From the IMG/VR virus record IMGVR_UViG_3300006735_000038, positions 1-57,074 of that record: DNA of 57,074 nucleotides; one strand, 5' to 3'. Within the stretch, counting starts at the first letter, position 1. Every line of letters begins with the position of its first letter. Made by a program: the position numbers and the translations under genes. Shown one piece after another: positions 10,301-17,913 of this stretch. The notes beneath the pieces were generated by a model, which worked only from the letters and a program-made list of their open reading frames with translations, made no database searches and was not told the DNA's origin. The DNA comes from a virus. Taxonomy: Duplodnaviria > Caudoviricetes.

Positions 10301-11435
10301 TCAAAAAATCAACTAAAGCCCAAAGCACATCACCCGTCATCTCAGCATCTTGATCTGCCTGATGATGATCAAAATCTTTCTTAATCCCCAAAAACTGCCG
10401 CAACTTATTTAGCGAAGAACTCTGCCCATCAGGGGCGACACCAGCTCGCTGCATATTCTTAAACAACAACTGCGTATCAACATACGGTGAATTAACACTA
10501 TCTAAAGTAAACCCTCCAACAGGTGCAGTCCTATTAACCTCATTCCTTAAACGAAGCATATCAAATTCAACATTCTGCCCCAAGAACAAAACAGGAGGCC
10601 CTCCACCAGTATTCTCTCTAAACCACCCAAAAAATTCTTCTAAAACTTCTTTCGTGGACTGTTGCGAATCTAAAAATTCTTGCGTTAATGGATCACCATC
10701 ATTAGTCTTAACATTATTTCGTACCCAATCACCAACAGAATCCCAAGGAGCGGCAATCCATTTATTAAACCTTGCCACCACTTCACCATCTCTATAAATA
10801 ACCGCACCCAACTGAATTATGCGATCATCATTCTCCTCTTCCGGAGTAATCTTACCTAAAGTTTCTACATCGAAAGATACGATAGTTTTACCCTTAAGGT
10901 ACGTTTCCAACTCATCAGGAGTATTAATAGCTTCCAACTCATTACGAACAGGCCTACCCAAAAAGTATCTTTCAGGATTCCTAGGATCACGAATCCTATC
11001 CAATAAATTGCCTTCATCGTCAAAAAGGTCCGGATATTCTCTGCGAAGGTCAGCTAGTTCCCGTGGAGATATTGGAAGCCTCGGCTCTGGTGCTCTACTA
11101 GGACGCACTTTCTCAGGCTGAACAGGCTTCCCTTGAAGCGTACCAATCTTGCTACCAAGCGTACCAAATGTCTCACCAATACTTATCTGTTCTTTTTTAA
11201 ACGAAGGCTCATAATCAACGGGCTCATTTTTCTCATTTACTAAACGCAACCCTAAAAGCTGAGAAGCATCAGTGCCATCAAGCCCACCAAGAAAAGCCTC
11301 TCCTGCCTCAGTAATAAACCTAGTTCCAGCAGGGCGCTCCCATATAGTCTGCTCCTGAACAATACCGTCATTATCGGCATCAACAGGATTGGGCTTATAA
11401 GGCTCAGGCCTGAGTTTCCAACGACCCATTACCAT
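4335..11435 (-). CDS. Giant polyvalent protein: DEDDh exonuclease, HExxH metallopeptidase-like and DUF3626-like domains
   Basis: 2,366 aa. N-terminal DADNDGIVQEQTIWERP motif. SFDVETLG / GQNVEFD / VDT / HHQADQDA exonuclease motifs (~10330-10880). IIHELMHNEE (~9543-9575). DGFYKN..R..LE..SGYL..YG..VLKPEVRDRT..GD (~5620-6050). Confidence 0.8.
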   Translation of the reverse strand: MVMGRWKLRPEPYKPNPVDADNDGIVQEQTIWERPAGTRFITEAGEAFLGGLDGTDASQLLGLRLVNEKNEPVDYEPSFKKEQISIGETFGTLGSKIGTLQGKPVQPEKVRPSRAPEPRLPISPRELADLRREYPDLFDDEGNLLDRIRDPRNPERYFLGRPVRNELEAINTPDELETYLKGKTIVSFDVETLGKITPEEENDDRIIQLGAVIYRDGEVVARFNKWIAAPWDSVGDWVRNNVKTNDGDPLTQEFLDSQQSTKEVLEEFFGWFRENTGGGPPVLFLGQNVEFDMLRLRNEVNRTAPVGGFTLDSVNSPYVDTQLLFKNMQRAGVAPDGQSSSLNKLRQFLGIKKDFDHHQADQDAEMTGDVLWALVDFLKVNDPDGSGTRRLLNVPEQNVAEQRSIEEWEAKREQYVKDKADLETVKALLADVKKNVSPSDRGEGDVEQVPLFGKTPSQANVDEALIRAGQEYTEKVDVESPDFMADNLTPEEQEGLQEQASTVIDLVGKAIGGNRGNPLDQSERSKEFPNARKKIHIDFKNELAQPQDDALEGSGGYTVTQIENNKAGYINLNISKSTIVVEESADPDLSPEGALALLPSGDTPESVNPANRVLSANGAITIIHELMHNEEFIGGSYAVYKINKANNNASTIEATFATKEEADAYLASKQIRSPNLTYAVLENPVEGLTSVATSVSLQTTLKDALFEKDLGGPLIPKELPTEGYLRPEYKTFVKNYQSLMVYLNEAKRVFSASDFNMSQREYDNYFEKLQQAYSDKFGYVAMLALPDGEKYIQSESPQNVQGLRVMQSVLATDLYSSEVSNLLPDDPDLIIRNQIAKTAVNALAESMLTLSDPNGEIEDYKKNLGRPLTPEETEMFRAFYEVTGILQVFAVKLRNSTRDDPYNEFFSGSPESIEALKQTVVETGVNLKHMQDWDGSFDQLFERTEFVLDVMANSDPNLRSIIGQSTAVDLVLVEQIMTDPSGNAVYRTNYAGNRVRVPAPFFNASTRFSVENPDGTISDQTVPPFGFSRQGLPPQAKNTIFSAFTSFVANESLDNSGTAGFVMSADYLIKPEEIWARTGVQFVLLSSLKRNGVTPEAIDRFAKTIAFSQAIYTDPEEITRNLDEKIEAIAKFSDNPTEVAYLLRMIASQSPYMTNIYSSTSDFVQFDELVSPTIANMLSTDLADAPTPALPSGSIVGRNQRSLSFSLRQSYGSSVRQKFKPKRRRSSDGSIVEMAQFPSDAQINDEVNKSVQEFIEKYPNSPIPLINERGFNSVIFTSDVGDDINLFRTQVINLLSQDDISDDDKVALANYLRDTFSADTLKVGLNTTSNDWPEELRGDNFDWAGLADVLLKSADRLAEANSKEVIEKRKLEAQDPFVTIAGRVEEIDDMKVKITTSGDNPVERVLNINRRPERFRWLEVVSERFDRNPDVTSVDDRGNETINEANATKLSKKFLEDEGILAALNRAYTAGVTRDERLGELRVALQELDAENANNGKSTNHVADIDSWINVVDDALAIEGGAYRGLGPKALTQAEVEERDAEIRERLGIDPNAEIPKGSTGPVKSEVLKETLTNTAQGQFIVADTIEEKNDEVKQIIRELGGFWDPDELYSILPDNWDELNQDGKDQVLKDLGYGEFVSSGLFKVVKPKPAVERLKTRQEEFNSPLPDIVFQTFTDEGKVEGGDFLEAVMFWGGEEVNKLDLMKRLGLYDRNDPEKNTLKDYIRAQWIVDSAYVFMPEDRSGTNKINVSDEDLNNPRFVAALEIYDTYLDKLINMTPEELFEEATFAIDGIVNNDDAEIRVQIADLDQMIADGFYKNTHFQQLDDVGRFGQLRSSHSESGIRSDLEAQHGLPRVGSYKEVGQADSGFTSRIQASPSSGYLFPKDIHELYSDDKFEEGASEAEKRSKYISRFADMYGSESVVLKPEVRDRTKLVIGDAANMGGLSTRLEDATPEELFNFYFTNTANKGFKIGLEQDTGQSGGGLNRLIELLVIGDAMRSSDENKARISKAIPTLNLRSNREQTDITRAGFSEAEADFFKLISGDASYFETLTFGNFDIGDIQKLETRKYNTNVGTTNAKKVPSLGNSKVLSNFTDAEKVELEKRTETIEGLILSGGLSEEATEKFRELKANNPDQYYKIIREFDLGLTVEALNGRGGAGYGTTEFLSGEEGVANQFYEENGVSPLLGLESVINYPYFISGVDQPTLISDLSTAMTELQYAKEREDFANKIRALGLDIQLEYMSVGSTKDNVKLKMEQTLETGKWKTLIGMPEYLQENPEVVSTFPDLPLETQWRIIREAQALKVLEGLAKEERIFDPSQNPDIPDLPAELQEKVNEALGKLTPEAEARIAAERAARLAEAEAAGWDR

Positions 11436-11444
11436 TTTAGAATC

Positions 11445-12338
11445 CTAAGAGCTAGCAGGCGTAACACCAATGCTTGCTGAAGACGCATCGCCTGTACCCG
11501 CAGCATTAATAGATGAAACTCTAAAGTAAATTTTAACTCCATTAGTAAGTCCAGTTGCCGTATAACTTCTATCCGTAGATCCTGTGTTTGCGACAACTGT
11601 TGACCAAGTTTCTTTTTCATCAACACTGCTTTCTATCTTATACCCAGTAACATCATACAATCCACCATCCCAAGTAGACGCAGTCCACCCTAGTGTAACT
11701 TGTGTATCACCCGCAACTGCTATAACATTAGTTGGAGCGTTCGGCAAAAAGGCCATTTTAGATATTGTATTAGAATGTGTTTGCATAATGCCAGCAGTAT
11801 CATGGTCTATGATCTCTTCCAGCGACAGGTCATACGCTATATAGGCTCCTGCTAAAAGTCTTTCACCTTTTATTAAAGTCAGATCAGAAAATTCTTCATT
11901 TATTGTACTTTCATTTATTTTGGGATAACACGGAACTCCTGCTATTGCGCTGGCCCCCTGATCGTACTTTGATAAAGAAGCACCATCCATCAAAGCTTCT
12001 CGTGTAACAGTAGTTAAATTATCTCTCATCTCAGTAACTTCTTGAGCACCTGTTGCTCTCGCCCAAATATAAGTACGCATACTGTACGTTACCCTAAAGT
12101 TCGGATCAAAGTCACTCTCATATGACTCTCGTCTAACTGAAGTAGTCCCCTGAACAAGTGTAATAACAGTAGGCCAAGCACTCAACGTAAAAGGCTCATA
12201 AGCCAAATACGACACAGGAGTCGGTAATTGACTGTCACTAAGATTCCAATAGTTTTTGTAAGTTAGCAATCTACTAGGCATATCTAATGCAAGGAAGTTA
12301 GTAACGTATTGCTTCGCAATTCTTGGTCCTGACATCAT
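11445..12338 (-). CDS. Tail completion/terminator-like protein with C-terminal fibronectin type III domain
   Basis: Neck-gene position; C-terminal PNAPTNVIAVAGDTQVTLGW..GYKIE..YTATGLTNG..YFRVSSINAAGTG is a canonical Fn3 pattern. Confidence 0.7.
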   Translation of the reverse strand: MMSGPRIAKQYVTNFLALDMPSRLLTYKNYWNLSDSQLPTPVSYLAYEPFTLSAWPTVITLVQGTTSVRRESYESDFDPNFRVTYSMRTYIWARATGAQEVTEMRDNLTTVTREALMDGASLSKYDQGASAIAGVPCYPKINESTINEEFSDLTLIKGERLLAGAYIAYDLSLEEIIDHDTAGIMQTHSNTISKMAFLPNAPTNVIAVAGDTQVTLGWTASTWDGGLYDVTGYKIESSVDEKETWSTVVANTGSTDRSYTATGLTNGVKIYFRVSSINAAGTGDASSASIGVTPASS

Positions 12339-12889
12339 GGCAGTAGCCCCCTTCTAAGAGTTGTGTAGGCATCGCCAACTTTAAATTCGTCTTTCTCACC
12401 GTAAAGAATATGCTCTAAAACAGCTAGTTTCATTTTATACTTAAAGAACTGTGGAACATACACTACTTTACGGGCAGGCATATCTCTTGTTCCTGTCTGA
12501 TGAAATTTTGCATACGGAAGATCAGTACCGAACTCGGCAGATGTAGTTCCCTCAGCAGTCGTGATAATGTTCCTTATCGAGCCTCTAGCATTATCAAAAA
12601 TTAAACTAGCTCTCAAATCACTTCCATCCGCACGCCTACCAACAAGTATACCTTCATTCCCATATCTTTGAAGCTTCCATGTAGCATACTCAGGATCAAG
12701 AGGACGCCATGGAGAATCGCTGGCTCTTCCTTCAGTTGCGAAATTTTTTAAGTGCGCTTTCTGTAACTGCTGAAATGCCCAACGCAAAACAGGCGTAAAG
12801 TTCTTAGCCCGCATCCGAAAACCAATAAAGCGTTTACGGACTTCTGTTGTATCGACTGAAACATTAGTCTTAACTTTTCTTTTAGCCAT
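12335..12889 (-). CDS. Virion morphogenesis protein (Mu gpG-like neck protein)
   Basis: WRPL..Y and GTDLPYAKFHQTGTRDMPARK motifs. Confidence 0.8.
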   Translation of the reverse strand: MAKRKVKTNVSVDTTEVRKRFIGFRMRAKNFTPVLRWAFQQLQKAHLKNFATEGRASDSPWRPLDPEYATWKLQRYGNEGILVGRRADGSDLRASLIFDNARGSIRNIITTAEGTTSAEFGTDLPYAKFHQTGTRDMPARKVVYVPQFFKYKMKLAVLEHILYGEKDEFKVGDAYTTLRRGLLP

Positions 12890-12890
12890 T

Positions 12891-13532
12891 TTACGACACT
12901 CTTACTCGTCGATATCTTTTTATGCTAAACAGCTCTCTATCGTTAAAACCAGTCTCCAAAGGAGCAACATTTCTAGTAGTTAAATCTTTCAATCCAACAA
13001 CATCATCATGCATATTCTGCATTTCTCTCGTAGCTGCACGAAGCATCAAAGTCTTAAACAACTTTATGTTCGCCCCATCCAAACCCGCAGTATACGTAAC
13101 AGTTATGCGATCATTAGCGTAAGCGTTAAATAAATCTAAACCATACTTTCTAGTAATATAATCCCTTTCAGCCACCTGTGCAGTAGCAGTAGCTGACGCA
13201 CTAGCAGGAGTTATAGTCACAGAATCAACCGACACAACAGGGCTATTATCCAAATACAACGTATACATTGGAGTATAAATAATGCCCGGAGATGTTAAAG
13301 ACGTTTCAGGATGCGTGGTATAGTTGTAGTAATACTGTTGATTAACAACTCCTCTTCCCACATCAGGCACCCTGTAAGTTTCCGTAAACGCAGTTTGTTC
13401 TACAGGTCTTCTCAGATAGGCTTCTAACTCGGCTTGCAAGCCGTCTATTATGAATTGTGCGGCATCTTCCTGAGTGTTAGTTAGGGAGATATCCATGTAT
13501 GTTTTGATATCTGCGACTGTTATTAAAGCCAT
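12891..13532 (-). CDS. Head-tail adaptor/connector protein
   Basis: MALITVADIKTYM N-terminus, SPVVSVDSV and ITVTYTAG motifs; first of the neck genes. Confidence 0.75.
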   Translation of the reverse strand: MALITVADIKTYMDISLTNTQEDAAQFIIDGLQAELEAYLRRPVEQTAFTETYRVPDVGRGVVNQQYYYNYTTHPETSLTSPGIIYTPMYTLYLDNSPVVSVDSVTITPASASATATAQVAERDYITRKYGLDLFNAYANDRITVTYTAGLDGANIKLFKTLMLRAATREMQNMHDDVVGLKDLTTRNVAPLETGFNDRELFSIKRYRRVRVS

Positions 13533-13541
13533 TTTATCCCT

Positions 13542-13937
13542 TTATTTTTTTGGTCGCTTTGCTTTTATGTTTTCTATTACTGCTTTGCGCTCTTCTTTAG
13601 GTAGGGCAACTAACTCATTTCTAAGATCTTCTGCACGCTTCTTTTGTTTATAACCAATCTCATTAAGTCCCCTAGTTATTTGTCCTTTTTCCGAAGGAGA
13701 TAAATCGGAAAACGTTCGTGCAGCGCCTTCCGCTGCATCGTCAGCTTCTTCTGCAGCCCTTAATGCTTCTTGCGCTGAAGCAAGATTACGTTGCTGAGCA
13801 GCTGTTGGCCGTCTACCAGCGTCAATACGATCCTGAATTGCGTCTTCAATGTCACCTAGCCTGTCTTCAAGCTCACTTAGAGGACCACGTCGTCGTCTTG
13901 GTCTTTCTATATCGTTGCCGTCACCTGTTTGTGGCAT
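13542..13937 (-). CDS. Hypothetical helical, charged protein
   Basis: 131-aa ORF with AGGAG RBS, co-oriented with the neck genes. Confidence 0.65.
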   Translation of the reverse strand: MPQTGDGNDIERPRRRRGPLSELEDRLGDIEDAIQDRIDAGRRPTAAQQRNLASAQEALRAAEEADDAAEGAARTFSDLSPSEKGQITRGLNEIGYKQKKRAEDLRNELVALPKEERKAVIENIKAKRPKK

Positions 13938-14073
13938 AATGAAACTCCTTTAACCCCGATGGCATAAGAAAACTATTACAACTCAATTTTAACAGTAGCA
14001 TTTTTCTCGCCTTTACTATTAACCTAACTATATGATACCTAAAGAAGCACGGCAACGAATACTACTAGTCGTG

Positions 14074-14547
14074 TCAAGGTAATAAAGGATAGAAAAAACT
14101 ATTATCCAAAAGCATCAAACCAATAACAGCATAACCCACAATATCCATGTAAGTATCATCAATCGCCTCATTCTTAGCTTAAATACCATTATTAAGCAAG
14201 TTCTCCAAACGAGCAACCTTATCATGAAGGCGCAATATGATCCCTTTGTGCATAAACCTAGCAATGTTCTCAGGACCATAATCATTTTGCTTCTCACAAA
14301 GAGTCCTTGCCACAAACTCCTTATCCATCTCATGAGACTTTACGCTAAGAGCACCAAGACGCAACCAGTAATTAGGCGAATCCAATTCATCATTCCCCAT
14401 GAAAAACTTATCAATCATTTCATCTATCGTGGAACGTATCGACACAGTTGGAGAATGATTTGGAAGATCATCGCTATACTCCCACACCTTATTAACATAC
14501 ATTTCGGCATAGTCATTCCAAGTTTTGTTAAGCTCCATTACGCTCAT
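14074..14547 (-). pseudogene. DUF1599/Nmad1-like (nucleotide-modification-associated) protein interrupted by an in-frame TAA
   Basis: KQNDYGPENI..G..LRLHDKVARLENL, then TAA (14179-14181), then in the same frame AKNEAIDDTYMDIVGYAVIGLMLL..., the expected C-terminal motif, ending at TGA 14074-14076. Confidence 0.7.
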
Positions 14548-14855
14548 CGCTCCCCCTTAAGGCCTTTAGTCGCTCCACTCTTTACAAGAACAAATCCCCA
14601 TGCAATCAAAGATAGCCAAAAAGCATCAGAGTATCCGATTGCAGGACTAAGCCAATCTATGCTAGGCCAAGCATTTATAATAATACGGTTAGCAACCATA
14701 AGTAGTACACCACTTAACCCGCTTAACAAGCTAAGAGATACCAAACCTGAAAAAAGGATCATAAGTTTATCACCTGCATGTCCTTTAGGGGGTGAGTCTT
14801 CTGTCGTTAACTTCGACAAAACTCTATCCCAATCTGCTGAACTTTGCTTACTCAT
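14544..14855 (-). CDS. Small membrane protein (about 2 TM segments)
   Basis: Two long hydrophobic stretches; ATGA overlaps with both neighbours. Confidence 0.65.
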   Translation of the reverse strand: MSKQSSADWDRVLSKLTTEDSPPKGHAGDKLMILFSGLVSLSLLSGLSGVLLMVANRIIINAWPSIDWLSPAIGYSDAFWLSLIAWGFVLVKSGATKGLKGER

Positions 14856-15232
14856 ACTGTCTCCTTAACTATTTGATGTATTCTTTGACGAGAAAGACCA
14901 AACTCTTTTGCAATACCTGAAAGAGAACTACCATTGTTATATTTAGATAGTATCTCTGCATTTCTTCTTACCACAAAATCTCTTGATTTAGGTCCGGGCC
15001 TAATAGGTCCCCAAGACCATGTTGGGACTTCTTCTAAAAGATTAATTCTATGATCGCTCAAACAACCTTGTTTGTATCGGGTCCGCATGTAACTTACCCA
15101 GTTACCCAAGTTTAACTCTTCACCAGAAGACAAAAACTCAATGTGCCCACTAGGCACTAAAGCATCTCCGTATCTTTCATAGTATGTCACTAGAGCGTCA
15201 TAATGTTTCTGCCAACGCTTATTATGATTCAT
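14852..15232 (-). CDS. Helicase-associated (HA) domain plus sigma70 region-4-like HTH; putative regulator
   Basis: WQKHYDALVTYYERYGDALVP..LGNWV..MR..YKQG.LS..RI..LE..W.W (HA repeat); SLSGIAKEFGLSRQRIHQIV (HTH). Confidence 0.75.
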   Translation of the reverse strand: MNHNKRWQKHYDALVTYYERYGDALVPSGHIEFLSSGEELNLGNWVSYMRTRYKQGCLSDHRINLLEEVPTWSWGPIRPGPKSRDFVVRRNAEILSKYNNGSSLSGIAKEFGLSRQRIHQIVKETV

Positions 15233-15238
15233 GTATGT

Positions 15239-15267
15239 ATACTATTTAATATAACGGCTCTTGTCAA
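15239..15267 (-). promoter_or_regulatory. Sigma70-type promoter, leaderless transcript
   Basis: TTGACA-N17-TAGTAT-N6-ATG (15232). Confidence 0.75.
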
Positions 15268-15282
15268 ATGGACATTATGAAA

Positions 15283-15636
15283 TTAAACAAACCTTATAAC
15301 GTTAGCTAAACTCTCCAAACTAGCTACAGTAGCCTGCTCACCCAGCTTCTCAGACCAAACAACAATATCCTCACCAGCCTCCATCTCTAAAGCCTCCCAA
15401 CACATAATAAACTTCTTAACATTCAGTGGAGGTATTTCTTCAAGAAGACTCTCAAAATCATCAGCAGAAGGAAGCTTACGCATACCACAAGACATGGCAA
15501 TGCCATACGAAATCGATATCCGCCCGTCCTCATCTTGAGGAACTGTATCAGACAAACCAAACTCGGTTATAAGATTCGCTAGATTCTCTATCTCAATATA
15601 GATCTTTTCTTGTTTAAAGTTGTGTAAAGTAAGCAC
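15283..15636 (-). CDS. Hypothetical protein
   Basis: 117-aa ORF; TAGAAT lies 6 nt upstream of the GTG start. Confidence 0.6.
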   Translation of the reverse strand: MLTLHNFKQEKIYIEIENLANLITEFGLSDTVPQDEDGRISISYGIAMSCGMRKLPSADDFESLLEEIPPLNVKKFIMCWEALEMEAGEDIVVWSEKLGEQATVASLESLANVIRFV

Positions 15637-15647
15637 ACCTTTATTCT

Positions 15648-15685
15648 AAAGCAAAGTGGGGCTCGCAGCAACTGGCGAACCCCAC
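15648..15685 (-). terminator. Intrinsic terminator
   Basis: Minus strand GTGGGGTTCGC-N8-GCGAGCCCCAC hairpin followed by TTTGCTTT. Confidence 0.7.
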
Positions 15686-15768
15686 TGTAGATATGACTGC
15701 TTTAGATCACCGGAACTTTTGATCTTTAAGCGAATCTCCTCCTTTTTGGGGCCGTCGTCTTTCCGGTA
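15650..15768 (-). ncRNA. Candidate small RNA (~115 nt)
   Basis: TATAAT at 15771-15776 with TTGCAA upstream (short 15-nt spacer), no ORF, ACCGGAA/TTCCGGT stem, ends in a terminator. Confidence 0.4.
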
Positions 15769-15830
15769 CAATTATAATCTAGTTCGATAACTTGCAACCA
15801 AGTGAAACTTTAAACCTTATAATAAAAAGT

Positions 15831-17792
15831 TCATCTAACTGGACAAGCCCCTGTAGCACACTCAATATCAAAGTCATCGTCAGAAATAATTGTCGAACCA
15901 GTAAGACGCTCACCTAAAGGAGTAGTAGTCTTTAACACTGTCTCATAATCTTCCTTAGTCAACTCTCCCATCGGAGCTTGATCAAAGCCATGCTCGCTAT
16001 GAAGCAAAAACGATACTGACTTCATCTCACTCCAATGCTCAGCCAGATAAGCTTTTATCTCATCAAGCTCCTCTAACCTATAGTACACCGTCACTGAAAT
16101 CGCATTATCAGCCCATGTCCTCTGAAGAGTCCTAACCAAATCCATTTGGTCAATAGCACTCATGTCACTTGCCAAAATAGTTCCTTCTGGAAACGCACAA
16201 GGAAACTCTATAACAACTGTTCGATGATCTTCGGTTCCATCAAAATTTCTCAAAGGCTCAACATAATAACCTTTACTCTTGCAATAGTTAACCAAAACAT
16301 CTGACGCAGACATTCTCATTCTTTTAACAAAATACTGACTAAATCCGGGATGGATTCCGGGAGTAACTCCGGGAAGTAAGCTCAAAGTACCTGAAGGCTT
16401 AATCGTAGTTAACCTAACAGATTCTGGCCATCCTCTATAGTCAGACCATTCTGCATCAAACTTTCTAAGTTCTACATATGCCTCATCAAGCCAACCAATC
16501 TTATCCATAGCCTGCGCAACTCCAGTTATACCAAGCCCTAAACGCATATTCTGGGAAGTAATTTTATCTGAAGCAGAGTCAAGATATGACAAAGCAGAAG
16601 TTGCTTTCTGAACTTTATATAACAACCTAGCTACATCGATAAGCTCTTCCTTTGAGTCAATCATCGGTAAGTAAATTTCTGACAGATTACAGGACTCCCT
16701 ATTTGCCAAAGGAATCTCTGCGCAAGGATTAACACCAACTATTGATGAATCTTGACGCTCTTCACCCATCCTGCCATACTTTTTTGATGCCTCTAAGTTA
16801 AAGAATCCATAAGGCTCACCATTTCCTTTATAACCTTCCCAAATAATCTCAGGCATGTCTTTCATCTGCTCAGAAGAAACAAACACTGTGTTGTTCGACA
16901 TGGCACGCTCAATAGGGATATTTCCTAAATCCCATCGCTTTGCCATAAGATAAGCCTCATCTTCAATGTCCCCTACCGCAATCTCAGCACTACGCCTAAC
17001 ATTTCCAGCAACTACAATTGATCCTATAATATTCATGCAGTCTAAAACCTCAACAGAAGTCATAGTCCTTCCAACAGCACCGTCTAAAACTTTACAAATC
17101 TTTTCAATTCCAGAAATCAAAATATCAGGCCCAGAAGCAGTACCGCCAAATGTTTTTATAGGAACACCTGCAGGTCGAACAAGATGGGTTGCGTAACTCA
17201 TATTTTTAGAATGATCATCATCTCCTAAATAGCATTCGAAAACTTTTCGTATAACCTCTCCCCAACCTTCTCTTTTGTCGGGAACAATATAGTCAGCGTC
17301 GTTTTCGTCACAATGCTCAACCCAAGCACTACGAACAACGCCTAGCCTTTCTGGCTTGTCGCAAGAAAACCCTACGCCACCACCAAGCATGAGTCGCTCA
17401 ACTGACCAAGAAAAATCAGAAGGCTTGCTTATATCAACAAACCAACAATTTACCAAACTATCTCCACCAAGTCTCTTATTGTTATCAGTACCTAACTGCC
17501 AAAGCATTCTTCCAGCAACACACCCCTTAAGATTAAAAAGGTAATCAAACAAACGAAGCATCTCATCCTCAGTTAACTGAGCTCCAATGTTCTGGGCTCC
17601 GTTAACAACTCGTTGCACAGTCTCATGCCACTCTTCAGTTCTCTCAATCTGATCAGTGCCCTCAATAAAAATAGGTCTAGCATATGTTCGCTTATAGGTG
17701 ACATACCCTAATCCATTAAAACCCCAAGGGGGCATTTTATCTGCGTAAGATTGCGCATGGGAATCGGATATTAAAACTTTGGGGCTTTGCAT
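15831..17792 (-). CDS. nrdJ: Class II (adenosylcobalamin-dependent) ribonucleotide reductase, monomeric RTPR type
   Basis: YKRTYAR, NCWF, LMLGGGVGF, VVAGNVRRSAEI, GVNPCAEI, ESCNLSEI, TTIKPSGTLSLL and C-terminal CATGACPVR. Confidence 0.93.
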   Translation of the reverse strand: MQSPKVLISDSHAQSYADKMPPWGFNGLGYVTYKRTYARPIFIEGTDQIERTEEWHETVQRVVNGAQNIGAQLTEDEMLRLFDYLFNLKGCVAGRMLWQLGTDNNKRLGGDSLVNCWFVDISKPSDFSWSVERLMLGGGVGFSCDKPERLGVVRSAWVEHCDENDADYIVPDKREGWGEVIRKVFECYLGDDDHSKNMSYATHLVRPAGVPIKTFGGTASGPDILISGIEKICKVLDGAVGRTMTSVEVLDCMNIIGSIVVAGNVRRSAEIAVGDIEDEAYLMAKRWDLGNIPIERAMSNNTVFVSSEQMKDMPEIIWEGYKGNGEPYGFFNLEASKKYGRMGEERQDSSIVGVNPCAEIPLANRESCNLSEIYLPMIDSKEELIDVARLLYKVQKATSALSYLDSASDKITSQNMRLGLGITGVAQAMDKIGWLDEAYVELRKFDAEWSDYRGWPESVRLTTIKPSGTLSLLPGVTPGIHPGFSQYFVKRMRMSASDVLVNYCKSKGYYVEPLRNFDGTEDHRTVVIEFPCAFPEGTILASDMSAIDQMDLVRTLQRTWADNAISVTVYYRLEELDEIKAYLAEHWSEMKSVSFLLHSEHGFDQAPMGELTKEDYETVLKTTTPLGERLTGSTIISDDDFDIECATGACPVR

Positions 17793-17913
17793 TTTCTCTC
17801 CTGCTGTCTAAGTGTAAACACACTCTAAAATAGGTGGTTTCAAATTTTGAGGTATTAGTATTCTAAAGCTAACACTGCACGCAATAACTGTCAAGTTCTC
17901 GTGAGATCACTAA

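Noticed and set aside
14179-14181. Genome-wide stop-codon reassignment suggested by the in-frame TAA
   Set aside because: TAA, TAG and TGA all end well-defined genes here (for example capsid TAA, terL TAG, recA TGA) and long ORFs are intact under the standard code.
14224-14868. 214-aa plus-strand ORF, and similar antisense or nested ORFs such as 6952..7506, 28021..28428, 31537..31923 and 45006..45401
   Set aside because: They lie opposite well-supported minus-strand genes, have Ser/Leu-rich shadow composition and show no motifs.
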